Shown in pieces: positions 35,032-44,300 of a stretch of 64,000 nt of DNA; positions within the stretch are counted from its first letter, which is position 1, and every line of letters begins with the position of its first letter. The stretch spans positions 11,795-75,794 of the forward strand of contig CAWUFD020000006.1 of the NCBI GenBank assembly GCA_963921285.3, in the 5' to 3' direction. The notes beneath the pieces were generated by a model that was given only the letters and a program-made list of their open reading frames with translations, did no database searches and was not told the DNA's origin. This stretch comes from Pseudomonadales bacterium (GTDB lineage Bacteria; Pseudomonadota; Gammaproteobacteria; Pseudomonadales; Azotimanducaceae). The translations under genes were made by a program, and so were the position numbers.

Positions 35032-36027
35032 GAGCGCGCCTATGGTGACGCGATCCTCTTCTAGCCACCCTCTCAGCGCTTCTGGACTCATCCATTCCTC
35101 GTTGTTATCACTCGAATAGCTGAATCCCTCATCCACCTTCACACCGTCCTTGATTCGGTTCGTACTCTCAGACCGGTTGTAAATCGCCGGTAGAATTTTG
35201 TAATAGCCGTCATAGCTGTAGGTATGGAACGAGTCCTCAACTGCAATCATCTGTTCATGCATCTTCTCACCAGGCCGGATACCGACAATTTCGATGTCGA
35301 GGTCTGGGCGAATCGCCTTTGCAATATCAATCACCTTCATCGACGGTATTTTCTTCACGTAGATCTCGCCGCCAATAGCATCCTCGAAGGCTTTCCAGAC
35401 CATTTCCACCGCTTGTGGCAGCGGAATCATGAAACGGGTCATGCGTTCATCCGTGATCGGAACTTTCTCGGAAGCATTGAGAGAGAGAAAAAACGGGATG
35501 ATAGAACCACGAGAACCCATGACGTTGCCATAACGAACAACGGAGAACCTCGTTTCATGACCACCAGCGTAAGAGTTTCCAGCAACAAACAGTTTGTCTG
35601 ACGCAAGCTTGGACGCGCCATATAGATTAACCGGGCTGCTTGCCTTGTCGGTGGAAAGTGCCACGACACTCTGTACGCGCTGGTCGATGCAGGCATCAAT
35701 CAGGTTCATTGCACCGATAACATTGGTTTTGATGCACTCAAACGGGTTGTACTCAGCAGTCGGTACGATCTTTGTGGCAGCCGCGTGCACAACAACATCG
35801 ACACCATCAAGCGCCCGATATAAACGATCCTTGTCTCGCACGTCACCGATGAAGAATCGGATTCTTGGATCATCGTTGAATCGCCTTGCCATCTCCCACT
35901 GCTTCATTTCGTCCCTGGAGAAGACGATGATCTTGCGCGGATTGAACCGCTCCAGCGTCATTGGAACGAAGGTGTTGCCAAATGATCCCGTTCCACCTGT
36001 CACCAGGATCGTTTTGTCTTCGAGCAT
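35029..36027 (-). CDS. pseB: UDP-N-acetylglucosamine 4,6-dehydratase (inverting)
   Basis: Starts MLEDKTILVTGGTGSFGNTF and contains IIVFSRDEMKQWEM...FFIGDVRD and YGASKLASDK. Confidence 0.9.
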   Translation of the reverse strand: MLEDKTILVTGGTGSFGNTFVPMTLERFNPRKIIVFSRDEMKQWEMARRFNDDPRIRFFIGDVRDKDRLYRALDGVDVVVHAAATKIVPTAEYNPFECIKTNVIGAMNLIDACIDQRVQSVVALSTDKASSPVNLYGASKLASDKLFVAGNSYAGGHETRFSVVRYGNVMGSRGSIIPFFLSLNASEKVPITDERMTRFMIPLPQAVEMVWKAFEDAIGGEIYVKKIPSMKVIDIAKAIRPDLDIEIVGIRPGEKMHEQMIAVEDSFHTYSYDGYYKILPAIYNRSESTNRIKDGVKVDEGFSYSSDNNEEWMSPEALRGWLEEDRVTIGAL

Positions 36028-36062
36028 CTCTATTTCCTAAATGTTGTATCTATTTGTGCTGG

Positions 36063-37343
36063 CTACCGCACTTTAAAAAGCGGAACCAGAGGCTCGCACT
36101 CAAGGTGTTCTATCAGCGAATCTGTGCTCAACGCGTCGTTAATGATACTGAAGACTTCTCCATACACCTCGATCAGTCGCTCAATATCAGCTGCACTATG
36201 GGCATAGCTGAGATTGTGTGTGCCAATTGTCAGAATGCCCCGGCGAAAACACTCCTGTAGAAACAGTGTCTTAATTGTCCAGCCACTGTTCTCGCCAATA
36301 TCGTTGAAAGTCAGAAACGTCCAAGCCGGGTGACCTGACAGTGATATGGTGCTGTCCATCTGATGTTGCCTCAGCTGTGCATTGACACCTTCAACCAGCT
36401 GATTGCCAAGGTTTGTCAGCGTTTCCACAACTGGCTCGTTTTCCATTTTGGCCAGAACGGCACTTGCCGCAGCCAGCGACAGTGTTTCACCACCGAAAGT
36501 ACCCGAGAAGAAGATCTCCTCCATCAGCTTCATAATGTCTGACCTGCCAACGATCGCGGAAAGGGGATAACCATTGGCCAGACCTTTTCCAAATGTAGCG
36601 AGATCCGGTGTAACGCCAAAATAGCCCTGTGCGCCACCCAACCCGAATCGGAAGCCCGTCACAGTTTCATCAAAAACCAACACTGCCCCGTGTTCCGCGC
36701 ACAGCGCCTTCACCGCTTCGAGGTATCCTGGCTCGGGGAATGCAACATTCATGGGTTCCATAATGACCCCGGCAATCTGCTGTGGATGCGCATCAAAGAG
36801 TGCCTCCAGTGATGGCAGGTTGTTGTATTCGAACCCATGCGTCAGTGCCTTCACCGCTGCCGGCACGCCAAGATCACGTGAAGTGGAGCCGATGTACCAG
36901 TCGTGCCATCCGTGATAACCGCAGACAGCCACGTGTTCACGGCCAGTAAACGCACGCGCGAGGCGTATCGCTGCAGATGTTGTGTCAGAGCCGTTTTTGC
37001 CGAATCGAACAGCATCAGCACAGGGAATCAGGCGCACCAGGGATTCTGCCACGTCCACTTCGAGAGGGTGCGGCAAGGTAAAAGAAACCCCATTTTCCAT
37101 CTGCGCTCTGACTGCCGCATCCACATCTGCATCGCAATAGCCCAGGGTGACGCAGAGCAGACCGTTCACAAAATCGATGTATTCGTTGCCGTCCACATCG
37201 GTGACCCGTGATCCCTTGCCCTTTTGCAGGAACAGGGGCGACACGCCCCGTGGATACTGGGTAATACTCTTACTGAACGTCTGCGATCCAAGTGGAATCA
37301 CTTTCAGTGCTCTCTCGAGCATATTTTCAGAGGCTGCGTACAA
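36063..37343 (-). CDS. Class-III aminotransferase (glutamate-1-semialdehyde 2,1-aminomutase-like)
   Basis: Contains FTLPHPLEV, VFDETVTGFRFG and TFGKGLANGYPLSAI (PLP Lys). 426 aa. Confidence 0.85.
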   Translation of the reverse strand: MYAASENMLERALKVIPLGSQTFSKSITQYPRGVSPLFLQKGKGSRVTDVDGNEYIDFVNGLLCVTLGYCDADVDAAVRAQMENGVSFTLPHPLEVDVAESLVRLIPCADAVRFGKNGSDTTSAAIRLARAFTGREHVAVCGYHGWHDWYIGSTSRDLGVPAAVKALTHGFEYNNLPSLEALFDAHPQQIAGVIMEPMNVAFPEPGYLEAVKALCAEHGAVLVFDETVTGFRFGLGGAQGYFGVTPDLATFGKGLANGYPLSAIVGRSDIMKLMEEIFFSGTFGGETLSLAAASAVLAKMENEPVVETLTNLGNQLVEGVNAQLRQHQMDSTISLSGHPAWTFLTFNDIGENSGWTIKTLFLQECFRRGILTIGTHNLSYAHSAADIERLIEVYGEVFSIINDALSTDSLIEHLECEPLVPLFKVR

Positions 37344-37345
37344 AA

Positions 37346-38113
37346 CTATTTCCTCGATACGATCTCATCATCCGCACGCAACGAATCTGTCATACCTTCA
37401 TTGCGTGCAATGTGTTTGTTTACGGTCGCCAGCGCAGGTTCACGTTCCAGCAGGTCAAGTACGTCCTGCATCGTGAAAGCTGGATTGCGCTCGTATAGAT
37501 GACCGTATACCTGCCGAACAAACTCAAGGTCTTCTTTCTCATCAACAGTCCAGCGTAGAACTGAAAGGTCTTCCTCGTTACGAAGGCTACCCAGCCTGAA
37601 CCGCTCAGGCCGCGAAATGATGAATGGCGTCACGTGTTCTCGTTCTGAGGGCAGAGTTGCCTCGTTCACCGCAGCGGAAAGAGCTGTTGCCGTCATGATT
37701 TCCGCATCCAACCCATCCGGGAACGTTGGCGGTACAGCACTGGAACAATAGTCGTAGTTTCCAGCAAGGTGCAGCGAAATCAACCTGTCGATAATCTCGG
37801 GATCAGTTAGCGGGCAGTCCCCCGTCAGCCTGACAACGTGGCTGGCACCATAGTCGGCCGCACAATCTCCGAACCGCCGCAAGACATCGTCCAGATCACC
37901 TCGGAACACCTCCACACCGTGTGCCTTGCAAAGATCCGCGAGGGCATCGTCATCCATGCGATCACTTGTCGCAACCACGAGTTGATCAATGTTTTTTGCG
38001 CGCATGACCCTTTCAACCTGGCGCAGGATCATCGGGCTGCCAAGAATGTCAGCCAACACCTTGCCCGGTAGCCTTGTCGACGAGACACGTGCCTGAAGAA
38101 CCGCCAGGATCAT
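37346..38113 (-). CDS. SpsF-type cytidylyltransferase (COG1861-like). Possible CMP-pseudaminic acid synthetase
   Basis: Contains ILAVLQARVSSTRLPGKVLADILGSPMI and RLTGDCPL. I place the start at ATG 38113, which forms an ATGA overlap with the upstream stop. The track start is 38128. Confidence 0.7.
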   Translation of the reverse strand: MILAVLQARVSSTRLPGKVLADILGSPMILRQVERVMRAKNIDQLVVATSDRMDDDALADLCKAHGVEVFRGDLDDVLRRFGDCAADYGASHVVRLTGDCPLTDPEIIDRLISLHLAGNYDYCSSAVPPTFPDGLDAEIMTATALSAAVNEATLPSEREHVTPFIISRPERFRLGSLRNEEDLSVLRWTVDEKEDLEFVRQVYGHLYERNPAFTMQDVLDLLEREPALATVNKHIARNEGMTDSLRADDEIVSRK

Positions 38114-38997
38114 CGTGATAGTTTCCAAAGAGATGGATTTAAGAGCGCCGGTTCGTCAACGCAAAATCGCTCAAATTCCAACCCGACGGCACCGGTGTCG
38201 TCTACCACATCAATGATCTCTTCAAGCTGTTGGCAGGAGTTGACACCAACGATCACTTTGCTGATCTGCTGCAATTGAAGCGGAAACATCATTGCTGCCT
38301 GCAGCATCGACAATCCCGCGTCAGAGACCTCGGCGTGCAAAGTGCCTATATGCGCGACATAAGGTTCAAAATACTCGTCCAGCTGGCTTAAGTGCATGAG
38401 CAAAAGCCCCTGTAGGAAAACTGAACGTACGTGGATTTCGACCCCAATTGAGTGCAGATGATCCAGATGGCCTGTTCTAAGGAGGCGTTGATCCAGCAGG
38501 TTAAGCGGTACCTGGATAATGTCAGGCACGAAAAGATCCAAAATTGCTTCTATCTGGCGCGCGTCGTACACAGAGACACCACACTTGGCGACCTTACCTT
38601 GCATTTTCAACTGGTTGAGTTGATCAACAATTTGCTCACCTCGTTGCCGGGAACTGATTAAATCATCAGCAGCATGCACCAGCAGTCCATAAACAGAAGG
38701 TCGGTTGAGTTGAACCAACGAACGTTCAAACACCTCTCCCAACATTTCGTCTGAACCGCCAGTCTCTGACGCTGGTAACTTGGTGACAATCGCCATGTCT
38801 TCAGGACAGGTTCGACCAAGCACCGATTCACAGTTACCATAGCTCGCCGCAGTATCAATGAGTCTTATCCCGGCGTCGTGGGCACGGTCAACAATCAGCT
38901 GAACTTCTTCTGCTGGTGTCTGCCCTGACAGATTTGAAACGCCATAGTCAAACCCGAACTGCGCTGAACCGAGCGCAAGCTTCTCAATCAAGTTCAT
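38110..38997 (-). CDS. Aldo/keto reductase
   Basis: Contains LGSAQFGFDYG, IRLIDTAASYGNCE and IQVPLNLLDQR. 295 aa. Confidence 0.8.
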   Translation of the reverse strand: MNLIEKLALGSAQFGFDYGVSNLSGQTPAEEVQLIVDRAHDAGIRLIDTAASYGNCESVLGRTCPEDMAIVTKLPASETGGSDEMLGEVFERSLVQLNRPSVYGLLVHAADDLISSRQRGEQIVDQLNQLKMQGKVAKCGVSVYDARQIEAILDLFVPDIIQVPLNLLDQRLLRTGHLDHLHSIGVEIHVRSVFLQGLLLMHLSQLDEYFEPYVAHIGTLHAEVSDAGLSMLQAAMMFPLQLQQISKVIVGVNSCQQLEEIIDVVDDTGAVGLEFERFCVDEPALLNPSLWKLSR

Positions 38998-39538
38998 GGC
39001 TCAGAAGTCCCAGAATCACAGCATCGTAGGTAGTGCCATCTGAGATAACGGCCTGACGCTGGGTGCCTTCCAGCTGGTAGCCAACTTTAAGAAAAGCTTT
39101 CTGTGAGCCAATATTCTGTTCATAGCAGCCAGCCTCAAGTCGATGAATGCCCAACGACGCAAAGCTGAAGCGCGATGTTGCATCGATCAACTCCGATGCA
39201 TAACCCTGACCCCAGCTGTTTTTGTCGCCGATCATCAAACCGATGTGTGAGCGTTTGTGATGGAAATTTGTTGGGCCGATTTTGATGTTGCCGATATGAG
39301 TGCCGCCGTTAAGAAACGCACCCCAGATGATATCCGTGTCGCTCTCGTACACACTCTCGACAAAGCCGCAGACTTCCTCAAGCGCGTGCTCGACAAAGCG
39401 GCTTTCAAGGTATCGATTGACCTCGGGATCATTGAGCCAATCCACATAAAGTGAAGTGACATCGTCAGCACGGAGCACTCGCATCTGCAGGCGTTCGCTG
39501 GAAAATCCGGATTCAAACTGTGAGTAACTGGTGTTCAA
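38984..39538 (-). CDS. GNAT N-acetyltransferase (RimL/PseH-like)
   Basis: 184 aa. Contains LRADDVTSLYVDWLNDPEVNRYL...WGQGYASELI. Its position in the pse region makes it a PseH candidate, but I cannot prove this. Confidence 0.7.
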   Translation of the reverse strand: MNTSYSQFESGFSSERLQMRVLRADDVTSLYVDWLNDPEVNRYLESRFVEHALEEVCGFVESVYESDTDIIWGAFLNGGTHIGNIKIGPTNFHHKRSHIGLMIGDKNSWGQGYASELIDATSRFSFASLGIHRLEAGCYEQNIGSQKAFLKVGYQLEGTQRQAVISDGTTYDAVILGLLSHELD

Positions 39539-39745
39539 TTAGTTTTGTTCAGCGAGGAACTGGCGTTCTTTGGTTTCACAACACGACATTATACGCTGCA
39601 TTCCATGCGCAGACAGACTGCAACCAGCCTCGTATCGAAACATGATGATGACTATGCGTTCGAATGTCTCGAGGTCCAGCCTCATGGGTTGAACCAATAT
39701 CCTGAATATCCACGCGTGATAATATAGCCACTTTCAAGCTCTCTG

Positions 39746-40672
39746 ATGCTGTCAATGACCTACGGTGACACCACACCAGCCCCGATAGTCCTGTTTGTTT
39801 ACTCAAGACCCTGGCATACCGCCAGGACAATCGAGGCGCTGCTTGAAAACGAAGAGGCCTCAGAAAGTGATCTCATCATCTATTCTGACGCACCTGGCAC
39901 CCAATCCGCTGAATCCGCCGTTGAAGAGGTACGATCCTTTATCGAGGGAATTGAGGGCTTCAAATCCAAAACTATTTTCCTCAGGGAACATAATCTTGGT
40001 CTGGCTGAGTCAATCATAGATGGCGTCACGACCACACTAACGAAGTACGAAAAGGTCATCGTCCTGGAAGACGACATGGTCACGTCGCCACATTTCCTTC
40101 AGTACATGAACAAGGCGTTAGACCTGTATGAAGCAGACAGTGAAGTGGCGAGCATCCATGCCTACCAGTATCCGACCGAGCAAGCGCTACCCGATACTTT
40201 TTTCCTGCGAGGCACCGATTGCTGGGGGTGGGGAACCTGGCGTGAAGCATGGCAGGTTTTCAACCCCGACGGCGAGTATTTGCTGAATGAACTCCGCAGT
40301 AAAAACCTGACCAAACGGTTCGACTATGACGGGAGTTATTCCTATTCAGGGATGTTGAAGGACCAGATACGTGGCAAGAACGACTCCTGGGCAGTTCGAT
40401 GGCACGCGTCGGCTTTTCTCGCCGATAAACTGACATTGTTTCCCGGAACGTCACTGGTTCAGAACATTGGCACTGATAACTCTGGAACACACTGTGACGA
40501 CAATACAATGCTGGACGTAACGCTCAGTAATGAGCCAGTTACTCTGGAACGTATTCCGGTCGTCGAATCCGAAATCGGCCGCAATGCTATTGTGGATTTT
40601 TTTCGTGGTGCCCGTGGCAGCCTGGTTCAACGAGCCTTCAGAAAAGCGACCAGACTACTGCGATCGAACTGA
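39746..40672 (+). CDS. GT-A-fold glycosyltransferase (GT2/GNT-I-like)
   Basis: Contains PIVLFVYSRPWHTARTIEALLEN...LIIYSDAP...VIVLEDDMV (DxD-like EDD). Confidence 0.55.
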   Translation: MLSMTYGDTTPAPIVLFVYSRPWHTARTIEALLENEEASESDLIIYSDAPGTQSAESAVEEVRSFIEGIEGFKSKTIFLREHNLGLAESIIDGVTTTLTKYEKVIVLEDDMVTSPHFLQYMNKALDLYEADSEVASIHAYQYPTEQALPDTFFLRGTDCWGWGTWREAWQVFNPDGEYLLNELRSKNLTKRFDYDGSYSYSGMLKDQIRGKNDSWAVRWHASAFLADKLTLFPGTSLVQNIGTDNSGTHCDDNTMLDVTLSNEPVTLERIPVVESEIGRNAIVDFFRGARGSLVQRAFRKATRLLRSN

Positions 40673-41490
40673 TGCTTAAAGCACTTGCACAGGAGCTGCT
40701 GCCTCCCCTGGTCTATCGAGCGCTCCGCGCGAGCGGTGCTGGCAACGCCTATAAAGGTGACTACAACACCTGGGACGATGCAGTACAGGCAAGTCAGGGT
40801 TACGATGACAGTAGCATTCTTGAAAAGGTTCTGAGTGCGTCGCTTGCCGTCAAGAATGGAGCTGCCGCGTATGAAAGAGATTCGGTGCTGTTTGATCAAA
40901 TCGAATATGCATGGCCAGTGACAGCAAGCCTGATGTGGGTGGCTGCACAACACAATGGTCGCTTGAATGTGCTTGATTTTGGTGGGTCACTGGGCTCCAG
41001 CTACTTTCAAAATCGCAAGTTCCTGCAGAGCCTGGACGAAGTATCCTGGCAGGTGGTGGAGCAACCTCACTACGTGCAGACCGGTAAGGACCATCTTCAG
41101 GACGAACGGCTTCGCTTCTTCTTCGACATCAAAGAAGCCGTTGATGAAGCTCTTCCAGACGTTGTTTTACTGTCCAGCGTGCTGCAATACCTTGAGTCGC
41201 CTTACGAGCTTCTCGATGAGATAGAAAAAATCGGCACAGAGTTCCTGATCATCGATAGAAACCCGGTAGCACCCAAACCATCTGACAGGATCCTGATTCA
41301 GGAGGTACCACCGGCGATCTACGAAGCCAGCTATCCCTTCAGGGTGTTCTCAGAGAAGAAGCTACTGGAAGCACTCGAAGGTCAATGGACTGTAATCGAA
41401 AAGTATTCATCTCTGGGCGGCGTTACCCCGATTCATGGTGGCGGTCAGTTCGAATACACCGGTATGACACTGCGGCGAAAGCGCGCTTGA
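40672..41490 (+). CDS. Putative methyltransferase, TIGR04325-like family
   Basis: YKGDYNTWDDAVQASQGYDDSSILEKV...ERDSVLF...LNVLDFGGSLGSSYFQ...WQVVEQPHYV matches my memory of that family. A 1-nt overlap links its start to the upstream stop. Confidence 0.65.
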   Translation: MLKALAQELLPPLVYRALRASGAGNAYKGDYNTWDDAVQASQGYDDSSILEKVLSASLAVKNGAAAYERDSVLFDQIEYAWPVTASLMWVAAQHNGRLNVLDFGGSLGSSYFQNRKFLQSLDEVSWQVVEQPHYVQTGKDHLQDERLRFFFDIKEAVDEALPDVVLLSSVLQYLESPYELLDEIEKIGTEFLIIDRNPVAPKPSDRILIQEVPPAIYEASYPFRVFSEKKLLEALEGQWTVIEKYSSLGGVTPIHGGGQFEYTGMTLRRKRA

Positions 41491-41514
41491 TGCAATCTCT
41501 GGTAACAGCATAAT

Positions 41515-42537
41515 GTGCACTCCCTAAGACAAGGTTGCCGTTTGACAAGTTTTGCGAACAAAAGAGTGCTCATTACTGGCGGACTTGGCTTTATTGGTTC
41601 CAACCTTGCCAGGACACTGGTCTCGCTTGGGGCCGACGTCACCCTGGTCGATAGTCTGATCCCGGAGTACGGTGGCAACCTGTTCAACATTGCCGACATT
41701 CAGAGCAACGTGACTGTCAACCTGAGCGACGTCCGCGACCCATTTTCAATGGCGCAACTGATAAAAGGCCAGGATGTACTGTTCAACCTGGCTGGCCAGA
41801 CCAGCCATATGGATTCAATGACGGACCCACAGACGGACCTTGATATTAACGCCTCAGCGCAACTGTCTATTCTGGAGGCCTGCCGAGAGCACAACCCTGG
41901 CATCAAGGTGGTCTTTGCCAGTACGCGGCAGCTCTACGGTAAACCGGATTACCTGCCTGTAGATGAAGCCCATCCGATCAGGCCTGTGGATGTTAACGGC
42001 ATCAACAAACTTTCCGGCGAGTGGTATCACCTGCTATACAACAACGTGCACGGTATCAGGGCTACAGCACTCAGGCTGACCAATACCTACGGCCCCGGTA
42101 TGCGCGTCAAGGATGCCCGCCAGACATTCCTCGGCATCTGGGTCCGTTTGCTTATAGAAGGTCAGCCCATCAAGGTTTTTGGTGACGGTGAGCAGCTTCG
42201 CGACTTCAACTACGTGGACGATTGCGTGAACGCACTGATCACCAGCGCGCTGAGCGATGAAGCTAACGGCAACGTGTACAACCTTGGTAGCGCCGAAGTG
42301 ATAAGCCTGAAAGATCTCGCCGAGATGATGGTGACATTGGGTTTTGGCGGTTCGTACGAACTCATTGCCTTTCCAGATGATCGCAAGGCCATCGATATCG
42401 GTGACTACTACAGCGATTTCACAAAGATCCAACGCGAACTGGGATGGCAACCAGCGGTGTCACTCGCGGGTGGCCTGAAGCGCACCATCAGTTACTACCA
42501 GGAGAATCACGGGCACTACTGGTCCAGTGATTCATGA
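41515..42537 (+). CDS. NAD-dependent sugar epimerase/dehydratase (extended SDR)
   Basis: Contains KRVLITGGLGFIGSNLA and a YxxxK equivalent in NKLSGEWY. GTG at 41515, or a more plausible TTG at 41542. Confidence 0.8.
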   Translation: MHSLRQGCRLTSFANKRVLITGGLGFIGSNLARTLVSLGADVTLVDSLIPEYGGNLFNIADIQSNVTVNLSDVRDPFSMAQLIKGQDVLFNLAGQTSHMDSMTDPQTDLDINASAQLSILEACREHNPGIKVVFASTRQLYGKPDYLPVDEAHPIRPVDVNGINKLSGEWYHLLYNNVHGIRATALRLTNTYGPGMRVKDARQTFLGIWVRLLIEGQPIKVFGDGEQLRDFNYVDDCVNALITSALSDEANGNVYNLGSAEVISLKDLAEMMVTLGFGGSYELIAFPDDRKAIDIGDYYSDFTKIQRELGWQPAVSLAGGLKRTISYYQENHGHYWSSDS

Positions 42538-43484
42538 GCGCCGTCTCGGAACAGGATCAGACAGACTACTTCTGTACACTGTTTGATTCAGGATACCTGC
42601 TGAAGGGCTACTGCACACTGACGAGCTTAAAAGCGCAGTGCCCGAGCGCATATGTGTTTGTGCTTTGCATGAACGATGAGTGTTTCGAGATCCTGACAGC
42701 ACTCAACCTGCCGTTTGTTTCCTGTATCCGACTTGAAGACGTTGAAACACCCGCTTTGCTCGAAGCAAAGGAAGATCGAAGTGTCGCCGAGTATTGCTGG
42801 ACATTGTCGTCCTGTTTTACCTGGCACGTCATGGAGACAGAACCCCACATTGATTTCATTACCTACCTGGATGCTGATCTGCTCTTCTACTCTCCCGTGC
42901 AGCCGTTGTTTGATGAAATTGGTGAGCGTTCCATTGCCATTATCGAACACCGCTTCCCGCCTCACCTCATCGACTGGGAGGTGAACGGACGTTTCTGCGT
43001 TGAATGGGTGAGTTTCAGGCGAGACGAAGAAGGAATGGCCTGCCTTTCACGTTGGAAGGATCAGTGTATTGAGTGGTGTTACTACCGGCTCGAAGACGAC
43101 CGGATGGGAGATCAGAAGTACCTCGACGAATGGCCTGACCGATACGCCGGTTGCCATATTATCCAGGCTCTCGGGGCGGGAGTCGCGCCATGGAACTACT
43201 GTCGATATGACATCTCATCCGACGATGAGATTACCGTTGATGGCGCACCGTTGATTTTTTACCACTTTCACCAATTCCAGATGCTGGGTGACGCCAGTTT
43301 TGACCGGATTTCCACCTTCTACTCAGATTACTGTCCGGAGCCTGATGCAATTTATGCGCGGTACGAGTCTGCGCTGCAGAGTGCGTTGTTTGAGATTAGG
43401 AAAGTGCGTCCAGATTTTCGCGTGCGAAATCCATATAGCTGGTTGCAGCGCGTAAAGCGCTATCTGGGTAGGGTGTTTGGTTGA
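42534..43484 (+). CDS. Putative nucleotide-diphospho-sugar transferase (GT-A-like), otherwise hypothetical
   Basis: Contains YFCTLFDSGYLLKGYCTLTSL...YLDADLLFYSP (DxD). An ATGA overlap links it to the upstream gene. Confidence 0.4.
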   Translation: MSAVSEQDQTDYFCTLFDSGYLLKGYCTLTSLKAQCPSAYVFVLCMNDECFEILTALNLPFVSCIRLEDVETPALLEAKEDRSVAEYCWTLSSCFTWHVMETEPHIDFITYLDADLLFYSPVQPLFDEIGERSIAIIEHRFPPHLIDWEVNGRFCVEWVSFRRDEEGMACLSRWKDQCIEWCYYRLEDDRMGDQKYLDEWPDRYAGCHIIQALGAGVAPWNYCRYDISSDDEITVDGAPLIFYHFHQFQMLGDASFDRISTFYSDYCPEPDAIYARYESALQSALFEIRKVRPDFRVRNPYSWLQRVKRYLGRVFG

Positions 43485-43502
43485 TCGATAACGGAGAGGA
43501 AC

Positions 43503-43542
43503 AGATCCCTCCACTACGCCTACGGCTTCGGTCGGGATGACG
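43503..43542. repeat. REP-like palindromic element, copy 4 (degenerate)
   Basis: AGATCCCTCCactacgcctacgGCTTCGGTCGGGATGACG, compared with copy 1 at 46220. It sits in the 69-bp gap between convergent stops. Confidence 0.55.
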
Positions 43543-43553
43543 ATATGAGCTGC

Positions 43554-44279
43554 TCAAACACTTCGATTAATGAAGACTGCATCTATGTAGATGCAGTGGA
43601 AATCGTCTGCGTAGGTCTGATTCATGTTTCCGGCGTATTCGTATCCAAGTTCGTCCAGCAGGCTGACGAGTCCTGCAAATGACGCCTGCGATTCGTAAAG
43701 CGGGTCAAGGTTCACTTCAAGGATGCAGGCACCGGCTGAACGGAAGGTTTGTTTACCGCCTTTGATCACCCTGTCTTCAAAACCCTGAACATCCAGCTTG
43801 ATCAGGGTGCCACGATCCACCTGAAGTCCCATCTCAGCTGTGCAAGCATCCAGCGTGCGTTGTTGAATGGTCACAGGCCGCTGAGATCGAGTGAAAGGAT
43901 AAAGCTCTCCTTTCAGTTCGGTCGTCTTGAGCAGGGATGACGATTCTGAGTGATCCTCATGCAGGAACATTTCCACTTCACCTGACTCTTCTCCAAGCGC
44001 GTAGGGCATCGTACTGACCCACTCCCCTTCACTATCCGCCCAGGCTTCGAGTTCGGCGTACGGTTCTGGCAAGGGTTCAAAACAAACAAGATTTGCGTCA
44101 GGCAGAAACTCCCTGATCTCGCGCGCAAACTGGCCGGTGTTGGCCCCAACATCCAGTACAGTGTGAAACTGATGCTGGGCTAAGCCCATCAACGTTAGCC
44201 GCGGCACTTCCGCTTTATGCACCAGCTCCTGGCCTACGAGGCGAAACAACCAGCGAATGAAACTTTTAACCAATCCCAA
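43554..44279 (-). CDS. FkbM-family methyltransferase
   Basis: Contains VLDVGANTGQFAREI...VCFEP...LIKLDVQGFEDRVIKG. TTG start with AGGAG 6 nt upstream. Confidence 0.75.
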   Translation of the reverse strand: MGLVKSFIRWLFRLVGQELVHKAEVPRLTLMGLAQHQFHTVLDVGANTGQFAREIREFLPDANLVCFEPLPEPYAELEAWADSEGEWVSTMPYALGEESGEVEMFLHEDHSESSSLLKTTELKGELYPFTRSQRPVTIQQRTLDACTAEMGLQVDRGTLIKLDVQGFEDRVIKGGKQTFRSAGACILEVNLDPLYESQASFAGLVSLLDELGYEYAGNMNQTYADDFHCIYIDAVFINRSV

Positions 44280-44300
44280 GCGTACTCCTGCTAACCGCTA

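Noticed and set aside
34859-35095. 78-aa Arg-rich ORF (MDESRSAERVARRGSRHHRR...) on the minus strand
   Set aside because: It lies within the MITE-like palindromic spacer and overlaps the 3' end of pseB. It has no SD or recognisable domain, and its composition reflects translation of palindromic GC-rich repeats.
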